Source: Candidatus Zixiibacteriota bacterium (GTDB lineage Bacteria > RBG-13-66-14 > B26-G2 > WVWN01). From it: a stretch of DNA of 64,000 nucleotides. Under the pieces are notes generated by a model, which worked only from the letters and a program-made list of their open reading frames with translations, searched no databases and was not told where the DNA came from. Within the stretch, counting starts at the first letter, position 1, and each line of letters starts with the position of its first letter. Positions 18,875 to 27,918 of this stretch are shown piece after piece. The DNA lies in assembly GCA_050117845.1 (NCBI GenBank), contig JASFLY010000002.1:64001-128000 (forward strand). Reading direction: 5' to 3'. Made by a program: the position numbers and the translations under genes.

Positions 18875-19453
18875 ATGCGTACCAAGGCCACAACGCTGTT
18901 GCTACTGCTGCCGCTCGCGGCCGGGGCCGCCGTCTCGACGTACGCCGAGGTCGCGGCCCTAGTCGCCGCGGCGGAGGAGGGAGACGTGGCCCCCGGCGAC
19001 GCCATGGCCGAGCTGGACGCCTCCCCGGACGTCCCTCTAGCCGGCGCGGCCCGCGGCCGCCTGTACATACTCAGCACACGCAACGCGCCGTTCTCGCTCG
19101 TGAAATACGCCAATATATACCGCGGCTTCGAGGCCCTGAACGACTACGTCTCCACCCACGACGGAGACCCCCTTCCCAGAGTCTGGCGCGCGACGTCGGC
19201 GGTCGAGACCGACTACGTCCTGTGGAGCATGTCCCGCACCCGCGACGACCTCCGTGCCGCCGGAGCAATGTGCCAGGCCGACCCGGACCTCCCCAACCAA
19301 ACGCCCCGGTGCAAACTGCTGCTCGGGACGATGGCCAAGGACGAAGGGGACCTGGAGGAGGCGCTGCGGCTCTGGGCCGAAGCCTTCGAAGCCGACCCGA
19401 GCGGCCCCGCCGGCCGGGAGGCCGCCCGGCTCCTGGACCTCTTCACCGGATAA
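18875..19453 (+). CDS. Exported hypothetical protein with TPR-like C-terminal helices
   Basis: Signal peptide MRTKATTLLLLLPLAAGA; LLLGTMAKDEGDLEEALRLW. Confidence 0.65.
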   Translation: MRTKATTLLLLLPLAAGAAVSTYAEVAALVAAAEEGDVAPGDAMAELDASPDVPLAGAARGRLYILSTRNAPFSLVKYANIYRGFEALNDYVSTHDGDPLPRVWRATSAVETDYVLWSMSRTRDDLRAAGAMCQADPDLPNQTPRCKLLLGTMAKDEGDLEEALRLWAEAFEADPSGPAGREAARLLDLFTG

Positions 19454-19466
19454 CCGGTCAGCGACC

Positions 19467-20672
19467 ATGGCCCGCATCGTTATCGCGAAGCACCGCCTGC
19501 CGTACCCGACGTTCACGGGCACGGACGTCGTAACGTTCAACTTCCTCCGGGCCCTGGCGGAACGCCACGAGGTGACGTTCGTCTCGCTCGTGACGGCCGA
19601 AGTCGACGCCGAATGCGGCCGGGCATTCGAGGAGATAGGCGTCCGGCTGGTCCCGGTCCTGATGCCCAACAAGAGAAGCACGGCGGCGCGGGCCTTCTAT
19701 AAACTCTTCTACGGTGTCGCGGCCTGGCTCTCCGGCTCTCCGATGGACCTCTGGTATTACAATCCGCCCGTCTTCCGGCGGGCCGTGAAGCAGGAATGCG
19801 CCGACGCGGACATACTGCAATGCGAATACTGGTACCTCTATCCCACGGCCCGGGCCGTCAAAGGCCCCGTTAAAGTACTCCTGAAACACGACGCCGAATT
19901 CGAACTCAACCGCCGTATCCTCCGCATCACGCGCAACCCGATATCCAAGGTCGGCCGGGCGTGGCGTTTCCTGCACCGCCGGGCGTACGAACGGGCGGCG
20001 AACCGCCACTTCGACCACGTCCTGTGCCTCAGCCAGGTGGACGCCGGACTCGTAGCGCCGTACACGGCGAGGCCGCCCCGCGTCCTCTTCCCCATAGTCG
20101 ACGTCCCGTCTTCGACCCCCCCGGCCCCTTCGGCTCTGACATCCCGGCTGGTCTACTTCGGCGGCACGCGCCGCGACGTCAACCGCCACGGCCTGGAGTT
20201 CTTCCTTCGCGACGTCTACCCGGCAGTCCGCCAACGCGTGCCGGCCGTGCGTTTCACCATAAGGGGAGAGGCCCCGCCGCGGAGCCTGCGCCGTCTCGCC
20301 GGCGACGCCGTCTCGTTCGAAGCTCAGACCCGGGACCTGGGGGACGAGCTTTCCTCCGCCGCGGCGTCGGTCGCGCCGCTCTGGGCCGGATCGGGCGTCA
20401 AGATAAAGATTCTGACGTCGCTGGCCCACGGCCTGCCCGTCGTGACGACGCCCATCGGGGCCGAGGGCATCCCGGCCGAGGACGGCGAAGGAATCCTCGT
20501 CGCCGACACGGCCGAAGCCTTCGCCGCGGCCGCAACGCGGCTCCTCACCGAACCCGACTATCAACGCGCGCTCGCGGAAGGGGCACGGCGTTTCGCCGCG
20601 CGCGAACTGGACCCCGCCGTCCGCAACGGCCGGGTGGCCGAACTATATGCCGAACTCGCGTCCTCATCTTAG
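19467..20672 (+). CDS. Glycosyltransferase family 4
   Basis: APLWAGSGVKIKIL..LAHGLPVVTTPIGAEGI; start moved to ATG 19467. Confidence 0.88.
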   Translation: MARIVIAKHRLPYPTFTGTDVVTFNFLRALAERHEVTFVSLVTAEVDAECGRAFEEIGVRLVPVLMPNKRSTAARAFYKLFYGVAAWLSGSPMDLWYYNPPVFRRAVKQECADADILQCEYWYLYPTARAVKGPVKVLLKHDAEFELNRRILRITRNPISKVGRAWRFLHRRAYERAANRHFDHVLCLSQVDAGLVAPYTARPPRVLFPIVDVPSSTPPAPSALTSRLVYFGGTRRDVNRHGLEFFLRDVYPAVRQRVPAVRFTIRGEAPPRSLRRLAGDAVSFEAQTRDLGDELSSAAASVAPLWAGSGVKIKILTSLAHGLPVVTTPIGAEGIPAEDGEGILVADTAEAFAAAATRLLTEPDYQRALAEGARRFAARELDPAVRNGRVAELYAELASSS

Positions 20673-21747
20673 GGTAGCCGTACTGGCCTCGACGCTGAAC
20701 GTCGGCGGCGCGGAACGGCAGCTCGCGGTACTCGGCCGCGAACTCCGGGAGCGCGGCCACGACGTGGCGTTCTATATGCTGAAGGAGGCGGGGCCGGTGG
20801 GCCTCGAGCTCCGCGAGGACGGCTTCGCCGGAGAGGACCAAATACTGGGCCGGCCCGGCCGCTGGCGCCGCACGCTGGCCGAACTCCGTACTTTCGACGC
20901 CCTCGCGGCGCTGGACCACAACAACCTCCTGCGGCTCATGCCCGCCGTGGCCTCGGCCTTGCCGCCGTACGTCGTCCTGTTTCACGTCGCCGTGCCCGCC
21001 ACCCGTCCCGCCGGGTGGCTGCGGGCGATGCGCCGGGCGTACGCCGTCGTCGCCGTCGCCGAGGCGCAAATCGCCGCGCTCGACCTGCCGCCGGAGTGCC
21101 GGATAGTGGTAATCCCGAACGGCATCCCCCTTCCGGAAGTCCCCTCGGCCGGGGACAAAGCCGGCGCGAGGGAGGCGCTGGGTTTGCCGCCGGACGCAAC
21201 GGTAGCGGCCACGGCCTGCCGCCTAACCACGGTCAAGGGCGTGGACGTCCTGATAGAGGCGCTGGCGACGCTGGCCGAGGCCGAGCGGCCTTTCCTCGCG
21301 GTCGCGGGCGAGGGGCCGGAGGAAGGCCGGCTGGAAGCGCTGGCCCGCGAGAAACTCGGCGCGAATTATAAATTCACGGGAGTCCTGGCGGACGTGAGGC
21401 CGCTGTACCGGGCCGCGGACTTCTTCGTCCTGTCCTCGTACCGGGAAGCGATGCCGATGGCGATCATAGAAGCAATGTCCCACGGCCTTCCCGTCATCGC
21501 CGGGGACGTCGGCGACGTCGGCGTAATACTCGACGGCGGCGGCGGTACGGCCGTCACCCCCGGGGACGCGGCGGAACTGACGGCGGCGATTAGGAAGATA
21601 AGCTCGTCCCCCGCGCGGCGGCTGGAGCAGGGCGCCCTGGCCCGGGCTACCGTCGCGGGCCGCTACACCGTCCGGCACATGGTCGACCGCTACGAGGCGC
21701 TGTTCCGCGAAATGGCGGCCGGAGGGGTTTCCGATGGCGCGCCGTAA
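20647..21747 (+). CDS. Glycosyltransferase family 4
   Basis: VGGAERQL, IPNGI, KGVDVLIEA, EAMPMAIIEAMSHGLPV. Confidence 0.9.
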   Translation: MPNSRPHLRVAVLASTLNVGGAERQLAVLGRELRERGHDVAFYMLKEAGPVGLELREDGFAGEDQILGRPGRWRRTLAELRTFDALAALDHNNLLRLMPAVASALPPYVVLFHVAVPATRPAGWLRAMRRAYAVVAVAEAQIAALDLPPECRIVVIPNGIPLPEVPSAGDKAGAREALGLPPDATVAATACRLTTVKGVDVLIEALATLAEAERPFLAVAGEGPEEGRLEALAREKLGANYKFTGVLADVRPLYRAADFFVLSSYREAMPMAIIEAMSHGLPVIAGDVGDVGVILDGGGGTAVTPGDAAELTAAIRKISSSPARRLEQGALARATVAGRYTVRHMVDRYEALFREMAAGGVSDGAP

Positions 21748-22759
21748 CGCGGGACCCGTGGACGCCGTCGTGGCGCTCAGCTACCGCTGCAATCTGCGCT
21801 GCGCGACGTGCGACCTGGCCGACCACGCCGGCGAGGAACGGCTAACGCCGGACACGTTGCGCAAACTCCCGCCGTCGCTGGGCTACGTAAACGTCACCGG
21901 CGGCGAGCCCCTCCTGGTCAAGGATATTGTTCCGGCCGTCCGGGCGATATACGAGGCCACGTCGGCCCGGATAACCATTTCGACGAACGGAACGCTCCCG
22001 GACCGGGCGGAGGAAACGGTGCGCGACTTGCGCCGCGACGTCCCCGGCCTGCACGTCTCCGTATCGCTGGACGGCCTGGAGGAAACGCACGACCGCATCC
22101 GCCGGTCCCCGGGGTCCTTTCGCCGGGCCCTGGACACCGTGGATCGGTTGGCCCCGCTCCTGGGGCGGGACCTCCACCTCGCGTTTACGATATCCGCGGG
22201 CAACGCCGGCGAGTTCGACGGCGTCGCCGCCCTCGCCGCCGAACACGGCCTGCCCCTCAGCCTCGCGCTGACCCACACGTCGGAACACTACTTCCGGCCC
22301 GACGACGACGCGGTCCCGGACGAGGAAGCGGCCCTCCGCGCCGTGGACGCCGCCGCCCGGTACTACCTGCGCCAGCCGCCGCCGGGCGGGGCCGGCCGGG
22401 CCTACTTCGCCGCGGGCCTGCGCTGCCTCGTAACCACCGGCCGGAGGCCACTGGCCTGTCGTGCGGCCGACCGCTTCTTCTACCTCGACCCGGCGGGGGA
22501 CGTCTTCGGCTGCAACATGCGCGCGGAGATACTGGGGAACCTGGCCGACGCCGGCTTCGACGAGATATGGGAGGGCCTACCCCGGGCGGAGTTCCTGCCC
22601 ACCGCGGGCTCGGCGTGCCCGGCGCAATGCTGGATGGTCTGCACGGCCAGGACTTCCATCCTGAACCATCCGATAAAGGTAGGGTGCTGGGGCCTGCGGG
22701 CGTACGGCCGCCGGCTCCTGGGCCTATCCCCGCCGCCCTTAAAACCCGACTGCGGGTAA
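21734..22759 (+). CDS. Radical SAM protein with SPASM/Twitch domain
   Basis: CNLRCATC, TGGEP, STNG, SLDG; C-terminal C..GDVFGC..CPAQCWMVC. Confidence 0.88.
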   Translation: MARRNAGPVDAVVALSYRCNLRCATCDLADHAGEERLTPDTLRKLPPSLGYVNVTGGEPLLVKDIVPAVRAIYEATSARITISTNGTLPDRAEETVRDLRRDVPGLHVSVSLDGLEETHDRIRRSPGSFRRALDTVDRLAPLLGRDLHLAFTISAGNAGEFDGVAALAAEHGLPLSLALTHTSEHYFRPDDDAVPDEEAALRAVDAAARYYLRQPPPGGAGRAYFAAGLRCLVTTGRRPLACRAADRFFYLDPAGDVFGCNMRAEILGNLADAGFDEIWEGLPRAEFLPTAGSACPAQCWMVCTARTSILNHPIKVGCWGLRAYGRRLLGLSPPPLKPDCG

Positions 22760-22791
22760 AGGCGGGGCCGCCCGCTCTTTTTAGAAAACAC

Positions 22792-22819
22792 TTGCGAAAA
22801 AAACGCGCCTTCTTATAAT
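22792..22819 (+). promoter_or_regulatory. sigma70-type promoter for the Fe-S/DRTGG operon
   Basis: TTGCGA-16 nt-TATAAT, just after a GCGGG/CCCGC hairpin with T-run. Confidence 0.55.
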
Positions 22820-22878
22820 CAAATAAAATGATCTTCGAATAACCCCTTGGAAACCAACATCGGAAAACGTGGCCCGCT

Positions 22879-24285
22879 ATGCAGGAGCAGAAGACAGATC
22901 CTAAAAAGGGGTACTACCACTCGGTCCGCTTGGCCGAGGACCGCTGCATCGGTTGCATCCACTGCGTCAGGGTTTGCCCGACGGAAGCGATCCGCGTCCA
23001 CTTCGGCAAGGCCCGCATCAACCCGCTCCGTTGCGTCGATTGCGGCGAGTGTATCCGCCTCTGCCCCACCAACGCCAAGTACGCGCAAACGGACACCCTC
23101 GACATCCTGGACAAGTTCAAATACAAGGTCGCTATTCCGGCGTCCGCTTTCTCGGGCCAGTTCAAAACGTTGATACCGCTGGACAAGGTTTTCTCGGCCT
23201 TAATAGGGCTCGGCTTCGACGAGGTGTACGAGGGCGCGCTGGGGGGCGAGATAGTGACGCTCGCCGTCCGGGAATTCCTCAAGGACAACAAGCGCCCCCG
23301 GCCCGCTATTTCCTCGCTCTGTCCCGCGGTCGTGCGGCTGGTGCAGGTACGCTTCCCCGCGCTCGTGGGCCACATCATCCCCATCGAAGCGCCGATGGAC
23401 GCGGCGGCCCGCGTCGTCAAGATCAGCCGGAGCCGGTACCTGGGAATACCGCCCGAGGAAATAGGCGCCTTCTTCATCTCGCCCTGCCCGGCCAAGGTGA
23501 CCGCGATTAAACAGCCGGTGGCCGTCCGCGACAACTTCCTCGACGGCGCCTTCGCCATTTCGGACATTTATAACCTGGTAATGAGCCGGCTCGAACAGGT
23601 GGAGGTCATCCCGGGGATAGCCCGGGCGTCGGGCCTCGGCATCGGGTGGGGCGCCTCCGGCGGGGAGAACCGACTCCTCGGCCAGGGCCGGCGGCTCACC
23701 GTGGACGGCGTGGGCAACGTCGTGCGCGTCCTCGAACTCATCGAAAGCGACGAGTACCACCACGGGTACGACTACCTCGAGATGCGGGCGTGTATCGGCG
23801 GTTGCGTCGGCGGGCCGCTGACGACGCAGGAGCCCTTCGTCGCCAAAAACCGCATCGACGAATTGTGTAAATTGCAGGGCGATAATTTCGGCATCGAGGC
23901 GGGCCTGCCGCAGGACCTCCCGTTCGACGAGATAATGGAAATGGTCAAGGCCGAAGCTTTCCACCTGAAGGGCCCCGTCGAACCCCGGTCCTCCCTCGGC
24001 CTCGGCACCAACATAAGCGAGACCATCTCCCGGATGAAGGAACTCGAGGAGGTCCTGGCCTCGCTGCCCGGCATCGACTGCGGTTCGTGCGGCGCGCCCA
24101 CCTGCCGCGCCTTCGCCGAGGACGTGGTCCTGCACAAAGCGAAACTTACCGATTGCACTTTCAAGCTTCGCGAACGCTTGCAGAGATTGGCTAACGAGAT
24201 GAGTAGCCTTTCCGAGGAGCTGCCTCCGACCCTTAAAACGAGGGACAATAGGAGTAATAAGAATGAAACTGACGAAAGTAGCTAA
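22879..24285 (+). CDS. [FeFe]-hydrogenase large-subunit-like Fe-S protein (putative sensory type) with 2x[4Fe-4S] and C-terminal Fe-S domain
   Basis: CIGCIHCVRVCP / CVDCGECIRLCP; H-cluster-like SSLCPA, SPCPAK, EMRACIGGCVGG; C-terminal LPGIDCGSCGAPTC. Confidence 0.85.
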   Translation: MQEQKTDPKKGYYHSVRLAEDRCIGCIHCVRVCPTEAIRVHFGKARINPLRCVDCGECIRLCPTNAKYAQTDTLDILDKFKYKVAIPASAFSGQFKTLIPLDKVFSALIGLGFDEVYEGALGGEIVTLAVREFLKDNKRPRPAISSLCPAVVRLVQVRFPALVGHIIPIEAPMDAAARVVKISRSRYLGIPPEEIGAFFISPCPAKVTAIKQPVAVRDNFLDGAFAISDIYNLVMSRLEQVEVIPGIARASGLGIGWGASGGENRLLGQGRRLTVDGVGNVVRVLELIESDEYHHGYDYLEMRACIGGCVGGPLTTQEPFVAKNRIDELCKLQGDNFGIEAGLPQDLPFDEIMEMVKAEAFHLKGPVEPRSSLGLGTNISETISRMKELEEVLASLPGIDCGSCGAPTCRAFAEDVVLHKAKLTDCTFKLRERLQRLANEMSSLSEELPPTLKTRDNRSNKNETDESS

Positions 24286-24610
24286 AAAACTCGACCTCGA
24301 AATCGTTTCCGGCGGAGACGCCATGGAAACGGAAATTACCGGCTGCTATATTTCCGATCTTCTCTCGGACGTTATGGCGAACGCCGGGGACGGCGCCCTC
24401 TGGATAACCATCCAGACCCACACCAACATCGTGGCCGTATCGTCCCTGAACAACCTCGCCGGCGTCCTTATAGCCCGCGGCAAACGGCCCAGCGACGAGA
24501 CCATCGCCGAGGCCCAGAAGCAGGGCGTCGCCATTCTCGTTTCCCAGGAGAGCACCTTCGACGTGGCGGGCAGGCTTTACGAGATGGGCGTCAGGGGGAC
24601 CGAACGCTGA
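24263..24610 (+). CDS. DRTGG-domain protein
   Basis: GCYISDLLSDVMA, LWITIQTHTNIVAV. Confidence 0.85.
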   Translation: MKLTKVAKKLDLEIVSGGDAMETEITGCYISDLLSDVMANAGDGALWITIQTHTNIVAVSSLNNLAGVLIARGKRPSDETIAEAQKQGVAILVSQESTFDVAGRLYEMGVRGTER

Positions 24611-25350
24611 CGCTCCAGCCTTTCCGTGCCGACTTCCACGTCCATACCGTTCTCTCCCCTTGCGGCGACCTGACTCAATCCCCCCGGAAAATCATCGAAG
24701 CGGCCCGTAACCGCGGCCTGAGCATCGTCGGCATAGCCGACCACAACGCCACCGAGAACGCGCGACCCGCGATGCGTCTGGGCGAGAAGGCCGGCCTGGC
24801 GGTCTTCCCCGGCATGGAGGTCACCTCCGCCGAGGAGGTCCATGTCCTCGCCCTCTTCGGCGACCTGGCCGACGCGGGCGAGATGCAGGGCAAGGTCTAC
24901 CAGCGCCTGCAGGAGGGCGAGAACGACCCGGAACGCTTCGGCTATCAGGTTATCGTCGACGAGAACGAGAACGTCCTGGGCATGAACAAACGCCTGCTGC
25001 TCGGCGCGACCGACATGGACGTGGAGACCGTCGTGGACTACGTTCACCAGTACGGCGGCCTGGCCGTCGCCGCCCACGTCGACCGTCCTGCCTTCAGCTG
25101 CACCAGCCAGTTGGGCTTCGTCCCGCCGGGTATCTTCGACGCCATCGAGCTCTCGCCCTTCGGCGACGCCGCGGACTACGAGGCCCTGGGCTACCCTATC
25201 GTCCGCTGCTCGGACGCCCACCGGCCCGAAGAGGTGGGAAAGGGATATACCATATTCGAATTGGCCGAGCCGACCTTCGGCGAGGTTAAAATGGCCCTGC
25301 GGGGCGAAGAAGGCCGACGCATCGCCGGCCACAGCGGGACGCCAAGCTAA
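24607..25350 (+). CDS. PHP-domain phosphoesterase
   Basis: Frame is open upstream of the tracked ATG (24772) and encodes ADFHVHTVLSPCGD and IADHN; later GMEVTSAEEVH, AHVDR, SDAH; only candidate start is CTG 24607 overlapping the upstream TGA. Confidence 0.82.
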   Translation: MTLQPFRADFHVHTVLSPCGDLTQSPRKIIEAARNRGLSIVGIADHNATENARPAMRLGEKAGLAVFPGMEVTSAEEVHVLALFGDLADAGEMQGKVYQRLQEGENDPERFGYQVIVDENENVLGMNKRLLLGATDMDVETVVDYVHQYGGLAVAAHVDRPAFSCTSQLGFVPPGIFDAIELSPFGDAADYEALGYPIVRCSDAHRPEEVGKGYTIFELAEPTFGEVKMALRGEEGRRIAGHSGTPS

Positions 25351-25905
25351 ATGGAAGAACTGTCCCTTCATATCCTCGATATCACGATGAACTCGATTCG
25401 CGCGGGCGCGACGGAGATAACCATCGAATTGACCGAGGACCGCGCCCAGAACCTCCTGTCCTTCGTCATCCGGGACAACGGCTCCGGCATGACCGAGGAC
25501 CAGCTCTGCCGCCTCCACGACCCCTTCTTCACCACGCGCACGACGCGGCGCGTGGGCCTGGGGATCCCGCTGCTCAAGCAGACGGCGGAGCAGGCCGGCG
25601 GGGGCCTGACGGTGACGTCGGCGCCGGGCGAGGGGACGACGGTCGAGGCTTGCTACGAATACGACAACATCGACCGGCCTCCGCTGGGCGACGTCGCGGC
25701 GACCATCTGGACGATAATCGTCACGAACCCGCGCGTCGAATTCACCTACGTGCACACGCGCGACGAAGGCCGGTTCGAGATAAGCACCACCGAACTCAAG
25801 AACACGCTGCGCCGGCGCAACCTCAGCACGCCCCGGGTGGCCCAGGCGCTCCGCCAATACATAAACGACAACGAGGCCCGGCTGGCCGCGGCCGCAAGCG
25901 CGTAA
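25351..25905 (+). CDS. Histidine-kinase-like ATPase (HATPase_c) protein
   Basis: ELSLHILDITMNSIRAGA, DNGSGM, DPFFTTRTTRRVGLGIP, IDRPPLGD. Confidence 0.88.
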   Translation: MEELSLHILDITMNSIRAGATEITIELTEDRAQNLLSFVIRDNGSGMTEDQLCRLHDPFFTTRTTRRVGLGIPLLKQTAEQAGGGLTVTSAPGEGTTVEACYEYDNIDRPPLGDVAATIWTIIVTNPRVEFTYVHTRDEGRFEISTTELKNTLRRRNLSTPRVAQALRQYINDNEARLAAAASA

Positions 25906-25933
25906 GGCCGCCCTCCGGCCCGAGGTGATAAAA

Positions 25934-26296
25934 ATGAAACTCGAAGACCTTCAGAAGATGGTGGAGAAGACGGCCGGCGCCGACCTCGACGAGGGTTCGG
26001 CCCGCTACACCGTCACGGTGGGGATGGGAACGTGCGGCATCGCCGCGGGCGCCCGGGAGGTCCTGGCCGCCATCATCGACGAACTCGAGGCCCGCAACAT
26101 AAGCGACGTCATCGTCACGCAGTGCGGCTGCCGGGGCGTTTGCGACCGCGAGCCGCTGGTCATCGTGGCCGCGCCGGACGGCGGCGAGACCGTCTACGCC
26201 GACATGACGCCCGCCCGGGCGTGCGAGGTGGTCGCGTCCCACGTCGCCGGCGACGTGCCGGTCGCGGCGTACGTCCTGGACGCCGGCGCGGCCTGA
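25934..26296 (+). CDS. Thioredoxin-like [2Fe-2S] ferredoxin (HndB-like)
   Basis: VGMGTCGIAAGAR, CGCRGVCDREP. Confidence 0.85.
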   Translation: MKLEDLQKMVEKTAGADLDEGSARYTVTVGMGTCGIAAGAREVLAAIIDELEARNISDVIVTQCGCRGVCDREPLVIVAAPDGGETVYADMTPARACEVVASHVAGDVPVAAYVLDAGAA

Positions 26297-26306
26297 GCGG
26301 CGGCGG

Positions 26307-26335
26307 TTGACAGCGGCCCCGCGAGAGGATATAAT
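26307..26335 (+). promoter_or_regulatory. Consensus sigma70 promoter of tRNA-Val
   Basis: TTGACA-17 nt-TATAAT, perfect match. Confidence 0.9.
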
Positions 26336-26366
26336 ATCGGCGGATGGAGAGGTTAAGGGTTGGCGC

Positions 26367-26439
26367 GGGCGCTTAGCTCAGCTGGTAGAGCGCTGCTTTC
26401 ACAGAGCAGAAGTCACAGGTTCGAGTCCTGTAGCGCCCA
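26367..26439 (+). tRNA. tRNA-Val (anticodon CAC), CCA not encoded
   Basis: Cloverleaf: GGGCGCT/AGCGCCC acceptor, GCTC/GAGC D stem, CTGCT-TTCACAG-AGCAG anticodon arm, ACAGG-TTCGAGT-CCTGT T arm. Confidence 0.97.
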
Positions 26440-26448
26440 AATTAAAGA

Positions 26449-26486
26449 GCCGCGACTCGCGCGAGCGGGTTGCGGTTTTTTTCTTT
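26449..26486 (+). terminator. Rho-independent terminator after tRNA-Val
   Basis: GCCGCGACTCGC-GCGA-GCGGGTTGCGGT followed by T-tract. Confidence 0.85.
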
Positions 26487-26545
26487 CCGCTTTTACCTTA
26501 CGCGGTTGTATCAGAGCCTAATATCCTCTATAATATCTAAGAGAT

Positions 26546-26989
26546 ATGGTCGCTAAAAATCTATATACAATCGGATACGAGGGCCTTTCGCCCGAAGCCT
26601 TTTTAAGCAAGCTAAGAGCGAACAACGTCGACGTCGTTATCGACGTGCGCGAGGTTCCCCATAGCCGCAAGCGCGGCTTCTCCAAATCACATTTGGACAC
26701 ACAACTAACCGGAGCCGGGATTTCGTATCTAAACTTCAGGGAGTTAGGGAGCCCGGCGCCCGCCCGCAAACAATACAAAGAAGACGGCGACTTCGTAGCG
26801 TTCTCCCTTTCGTACGCGGAGGTCTTACGGGCTGAACGGGCCACGCTGGAAGGGCTTTATTCGCTCGCGGCCGAACGGGATTGCTGCCTCCTTTGCTACG
26901 AGGCCGACGCCGAAACCTGCCATCGGTCGCTAGTGGGCGCCGCCGTCGCCGGCCTGAACGGAGGAGGATTTACGGTAATACATCTATGA
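26546..26989 (+). CDS. DUF488-family protein
   Basis: YTIGYEG, IDVREVPHSRKRGFSK, LLCYE..CHRSLV. Confidence 0.88.
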   Translation: MVAKNLYTIGYEGLSPEAFLSKLRANNVDVVIDVREVPHSRKRGFSKSHLDTQLTGAGISYLNFRELGSPAPARKQYKEDGDFVAFSLSYAEVLRAERATLEGLYSLAAERDCCLLCYEADAETCHRSLVGAAVAGLNGGGFTVIHL

Positions 26990-27026
26990 CGCCGATAAGG
27001 AGGGAGTGGGTATTTTTAAGGACCCC

Positions 27027-27055
27027 TTGCCCCCGAACTCGTAAAAAGTTATACT
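27027..27055 (+). promoter_or_regulatory. sigma70-type promoter for tatC
   Basis: TTGCCC-17 nt-TATACT. Confidence 0.55.
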
Positions 27056-27110
27056 CCGGCCTGTGGCCGGAGTTTCGTTTACGTAAATTCAGGGCCGGCG
27101 AGCCGTTATT

Positions 27111-27911
27111 ATGCCCCGTATAAGACCGGACGATATGACCTTCCTCGAGCACCTGGAGGAGCTGCGCAAGCGGATCCTCTGGATCCTCGGCGCCGCCGTC
27201 GTCGGGACCGGCGTCGCCTTCTTCTACTCCGAACGGCTGGTCGGTTTCCTGCTCGCGCCGGGCGGCGGTAAGTTCCAGTACATCAAGCCGGCGGAGGCCT
27301 TCGTCGTCCACCTCGCCGTCTCCTTCATCGCCGGCGTCGTCGTCATGTCGCCGTTCATCTTCTATCAGGTGTGGCGCTTCGTCGCCCCGGGCCTGATGCC
27401 CAAGGAGCGGTTTTACGCCCTGCCCTTCGTCGCCGCCACGTCGGCCTGCTTCGCCTCCGGCGTCGCCTTCGGCTACTACATGCTTTTCCCGGCGATGCGC
27501 TTCTTCCGCTCCTTCGAAACCGAACAGCTTACGGCCGACTGGACGTTGGGCAGTTACGCGTCGTTGGCGCTCCGGCTAATGCTCGCGACCGGCCTTATCT
27601 TCGAGGCGCCGGTGGTGGTCTTCTTCCTGGCGCGGCTTCGCATCGTCTCGCCCAAACTCCTGACGTCGAAGTGGAAGTACGTCATCATCGGCGTATTCAT
27701 CGTCGCCGCGGCGCTCACGCCGGGCCCCGACGTCTTCACGCAATCCATCCTCGCGCTGCCGCTCCTCGGCCTGTACGTCATATCCATCGGCGTGGCCTGG
27801 TTGGCCTACCCGCGGAAGAAGCCGGAAGAGGACGAGGAACCGGATAACGACGACGAGGAAGACGCGGACGACGACGGCGAAGGCCGCAAACCCTCCCCCT
27901 ACGCCGGATAA
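27111..27911 (+). CDS. tatC: Twin-arginine translocase subunit TatC
   Basis: MTFLEHLEELRKR, YQVWRFVAPGL, FEAP, TPGPD; about 6 TM helices; acidic tail. Confidence 0.95.
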   Translation: MPRIRPDDMTFLEHLEELRKRILWILGAAVVGTGVAFFYSERLVGFLLAPGGGKFQYIKPAEAFVVHLAVSFIAGVVVMSPFIFYQVWRFVAPGLMPKERFYALPFVAATSACFASGVAFGYYMLFPAMRFFRSFETEQLTADWTLGSYASLALRLMLATGLIFEAPVVVFFLARLRIVSPKLLTSKWKYVIIGVFIVAAALTPGPDVFTQSILALPLLGLYVISIGVAWLAYPRKKPEEDEEPDNDDEEDADDDGEGRKPSPYAG

Positions 27912-27918
27912 CCGACCT

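Noticed and set aside
26307..26540. 77-aa ORF in the track
   Set aside because: Overlaps the tRNA-Val promoter, gene and terminator.
26439..27000. Genomic island integrated at tRNA-Val
   Set aside because: Only a DUF488 gene follows; no integrase and no convincing duplicate of the tRNA 3' end (just an 8-bp TCCTGTAG match near 51145).
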